Positions 61,885 through 64,000 of a stretch of DNA of 64,000 nt are shown in pieces. The notes beneath the pieces were generated by a model. The model worked only from the letters and a program-made list of their open reading frames with translations, was not told where the DNA came from and made no database searches. Origin of the DNA: Candidatus Foliamicus sp. (GTDB lineage: Bacteria > Pseudomonadota > Gammaproteobacteria > Steroidobacterales > Foliamicaceae); NCBI GenBank assembly GCA_965238055.1, contig OZ250178.1:2924791-2988790 (forward strand), written 5' to 3'. A program made the translations under genes and the position numbers. Each line of letters begins with the position of its first letter. Position 1 is the stretch's first letter.

Positions 61885-62214
61885 ATGACGGCCGTTGAAC
61901 ACAAGCGCGAGTTCAAGCAACGCGTCCGGCATTGGGCGGAAAAGTTGGATGTGGAGATTGTTTGGCTGGGTGTTCGTCCGATGCGTAACAAGTGGGCGTC
62001 TTGCTCAACGAATGGCCATCTGAACTTTAGTGATGGGCTGCTTGGTCTTGATGGTGAACTTTGGGATTATGTGATCGTCCACGAACTTCTGCATTTTTCG
62101 GTTCCGAATCATGGCAAGCTTTGGAAGAGCCTGATGCGGGTGCACTTGGGTGACTATGAAAGGCTGGAGGGGCGTTTGAGGGCGGTAAGCACGAATCGCT
62201 CACCGTACTTGTGA
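61885..62214 (+). CDS. Short M48/YgjP(DUF45)-like metallopeptidase domain protein
   Basis: KWASCS, YVIVHELLH..VPNHG. Confidence 0.85.
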   Translation: MTAVEHKREFKQRVRHWAEKLDVEIVWLGVRPMRNKWASCSTNGHLNFSDGLLGLDGELWDYVIVHELLHFSVPNHGKLWKSLMRVHLGDYERLEGRLRAVSTNRSPYL

Positions 62215-62244
62215 TGAAGGCCTAATAAACTGATTCGAGAGGAT

Positions 62245-63366
62245 TCAGCGGCTGGCCCTGGTCCCGAACCCGTGCGACGCCTGTGTGCGTTCGATTTCCG
62301 ACGCAAGAAGTTGCTCGTCCGGTAGCACCATCCGGTACTCGGCTGCCAATACCTTGTTGGCCAAGCCGCCAAGCGCATACCGCGCAACGGCTTCATCCTT
62401 CTGGGCACAGAGAATCAGCCCCACCGGTGGGTTTTCGTCCTCGTGAACCCAATGCTCCCGCGCATAGTTGAGATAAACGTGCATTTGTCCCGCGTCGGAA
62501 TGAGTGAATCTGCCAATTTTCAAATCGACGACGACAAGACATCGCAAACGCCGGTGAAAGAACAGTAGGTCTACTCGATACCATTCGTCCCCAATACGCA
62601 GGCGCTTTTGCCTGCCCATGAAACAAAAGTCTTCGCCCAGTTCCAGGAGAAATGTTTCGAGACGGCGGATCAACGCTTTTTCGAGATCGCTTTCGGAGTA
62701 CTCATCCTTGAGGTCCAGGAATTCAAGGACGAATGGGTCTTTGATTTCTTCCTCTGGAAGTATGCGGCTTTCAGAAGGCATCCTCCGCCCCTTCGTCAAC
62801 ATGGCGGCCTTGTTCTTTGAGGCAGAGGTCCGCTCGTAGAACTGAGAATGTATCTGGCGGTTAAGCTGACGAACCGACCATCCCCCGCGCAGTGCCTCGG
62901 CTTCGTAGAATTCGCGGGCGCCCATGTTTTTGACTGAAAGAAGGCGCACATAGGCGGCCCAAGGGAGTGGAAAGCGTGAGGCGACGCTGGTTAGCGAAGA
63001 TTCTGCAGACGCCGTCTGCAGAATTCCTCTGCCCTCAGATTCCGCAGGCGGTGTCTGCGGAATCGGCCACGCGAGGTAGAACGCCTTCATTTGCCAGACA
63101 TTGCGAAGCGAAAATCCTCGGCCGTAACGGGTAGAAAGGTCAGCGGAAAGCTGCTCTACAGTCTCCTCCCCATAGTCGGCACGCTTCTTCCCTTCCTGCT
63201 CGAACTCCACGATATGCCGCCCGATCAGCCAATACGCGGCGGTCATCACAGCATTTACCGAACGAGCAGCCGAGTGTCTGGCAGCATCGATAATTCTGGC
63301 TACATCTACGAAGATGGGATGCCGCTGGCCATCAAGTTCAGCGGGCTTGTCCAACAGCTTTTTCAT
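62245..63366 (-). CDS. YhcG/DUF1016 PD-(D/E)xK nuclease-domain protein
   Basis: YWLIG, RADYG, IKDPFVLEFL, VDLLFFHRRLRCLVVVDLK, AGQMHVYLNY. Confidence 0.92.
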   Translation of the reverse strand: MKKLLDKPAELDGQRHPIFVDVARIIDAARHSAARSVNAVMTAAYWLIGRHIVEFEQEGKKRADYGEETVEQLSADLSTRYGRGFSLRNVWQMKAFYLAWPIPQTPPAESEGRGILQTASAESSLTSVASRFPLPWAAYVRLLSVKNMGAREFYEAEALRGGWSVRQLNRQIHSQFYERTSASKNKAAMLTKGRRMPSESRILPEEEIKDPFVLEFLDLKDEYSESDLEKALIRRLETFLLELGEDFCFMGRQKRLRIGDEWYRVDLLFFHRRLRCLVVVDLKIGRFTHSDAGQMHVYLNYAREHWVHEDENPPVGLILCAQKDEAVARYALGGLANKVLAAEYRMVLPDEQLLASEIERTQASHGFGTRASR

Positions 63367-63424
63367 GGCTTGCTCTTCGCGTATAGGTAGTTCAGCAGTC
63401 AACGGCCACTCCATAGTGTTTAGT

Positions 63425-64000
63425 CCGAACTTCCGATTGAATTCCCGTTCGATTTGGGTTCAAGTCATTGATTGGCAGGGGTTTTGTAGCTTTACCTGGG
63501 CCTGATGTGTAGCCATGTATATAGGCGAATGATTCATTCCCCTCATTGATTCTCTCTTTATATCAGGCTATACTCCGTGGCCATGTATATCGAGGCCGTC
63601 CCGAACCGCAATTCGCCCCCCGCCGTGCTCCTGCGGGAGTCCTACCGACAAGACGGCAAAGTCAAGAAACGCACCCTCGCCAACCTGTCGAAATGGCCCC
63701 CCGAGGTGGTCGAGGGCTTGCGCGTGTTGCTCAAGGGCGGAACCGCGGTGGGCGCCCTGGCCGAAGCCTTCGAGGTCACGCGTTCTTTGCCTCACGGCCA
63801 CGCCGCTGCGGTGCTGGGCGCTGTCAAGAGGCTGCGCTTCGACCGCCTGATCGACGCGCAGCCCTCGCCGCAACGGGATCGGGTCTTGGCGCTGATCGCC
63901 GCGCGTATCCTGCATCCCGGCTCGAAGCTGGCCGCCGCCCGGGGGCTGGCCGAAGCAACGGCGCGCGACACCTTGGGCGAGGCGCTCGGACTTCAACCGG
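63425..64000 (+). mobile_element. IS1634-family element, partial
   Basis: Left end estimated at CCGAACTTCCG; the right end is outside the window. Confidence 0.65.
63583..64000 (+). CDS. IS1634-family transposase, 5' part
   Basis: MYIEAVPNRNSPPAVLLRESYRQDGKVKKRTLANLSKWP. Confidence 0.88.
   Translation, partial: MYIEAVPNRNSPPAVLLRESYRQDGKVKKRTLANLSKWPPEVVEGLRVLLKGGTAVGALAEAFEVTRSLPHGHAAAVLGAVKRLRFDRLIDAQPSPQRDRVLALIAARILHPGSKLAAARGLAEATARDTLGEALGLQP

Noticed and set aside
62219-62242. GCCTAATAAACTGATTCGAG after the M48 gene, resembling an attC R'' start
   Set aside because: No matching GTTRRRY arm, no cassette array and no integron integrase
63568-63996. 142-aa minus-strand ORF
   Set aside because: Antisense to the IS1634 transposase

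Overview
GC-rich bacterial chromosome segment. The gene order (ccmA-I, fabG-acpP-fabF-mltG-tmk-holB-pilZ, gspG-M) suggests a gammaproteobacterium. Housekeeping blocks alternate with eroding accessory islands: (i) a large secreted metzincin with TSP3 and FG-GAP repeats at the left edge; (ii) a ~7.9 kb island bounded by a 15-bp direct repeat resembling a tRNA-Leu 3' end, holding an IS4 element with IS30 and IS3 nested inside, an MmeI-like RM gene and a HicAB-like pair; (iii) an orphan DNA methyltransferase; (iv) a desaturase/FAD-oxidoreductase/DUF1365/cfa lipid cluster; (v) an IS1380-disrupted island; (vi) a ~14 kb Type I RM defence locus with an IS3-split ABC-type ATPase, four YhcG/DUF1016 sequences, a KilA-N remnant and IS1634. 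The most striking unexplained signal: every YhcG/DUF1016 sequence carries two 11-3-11 DNA palindromes inside its coding region, always in the same codon register but with different, co-varying sequences. All calls come from reading motifs by eye; no database search was run.
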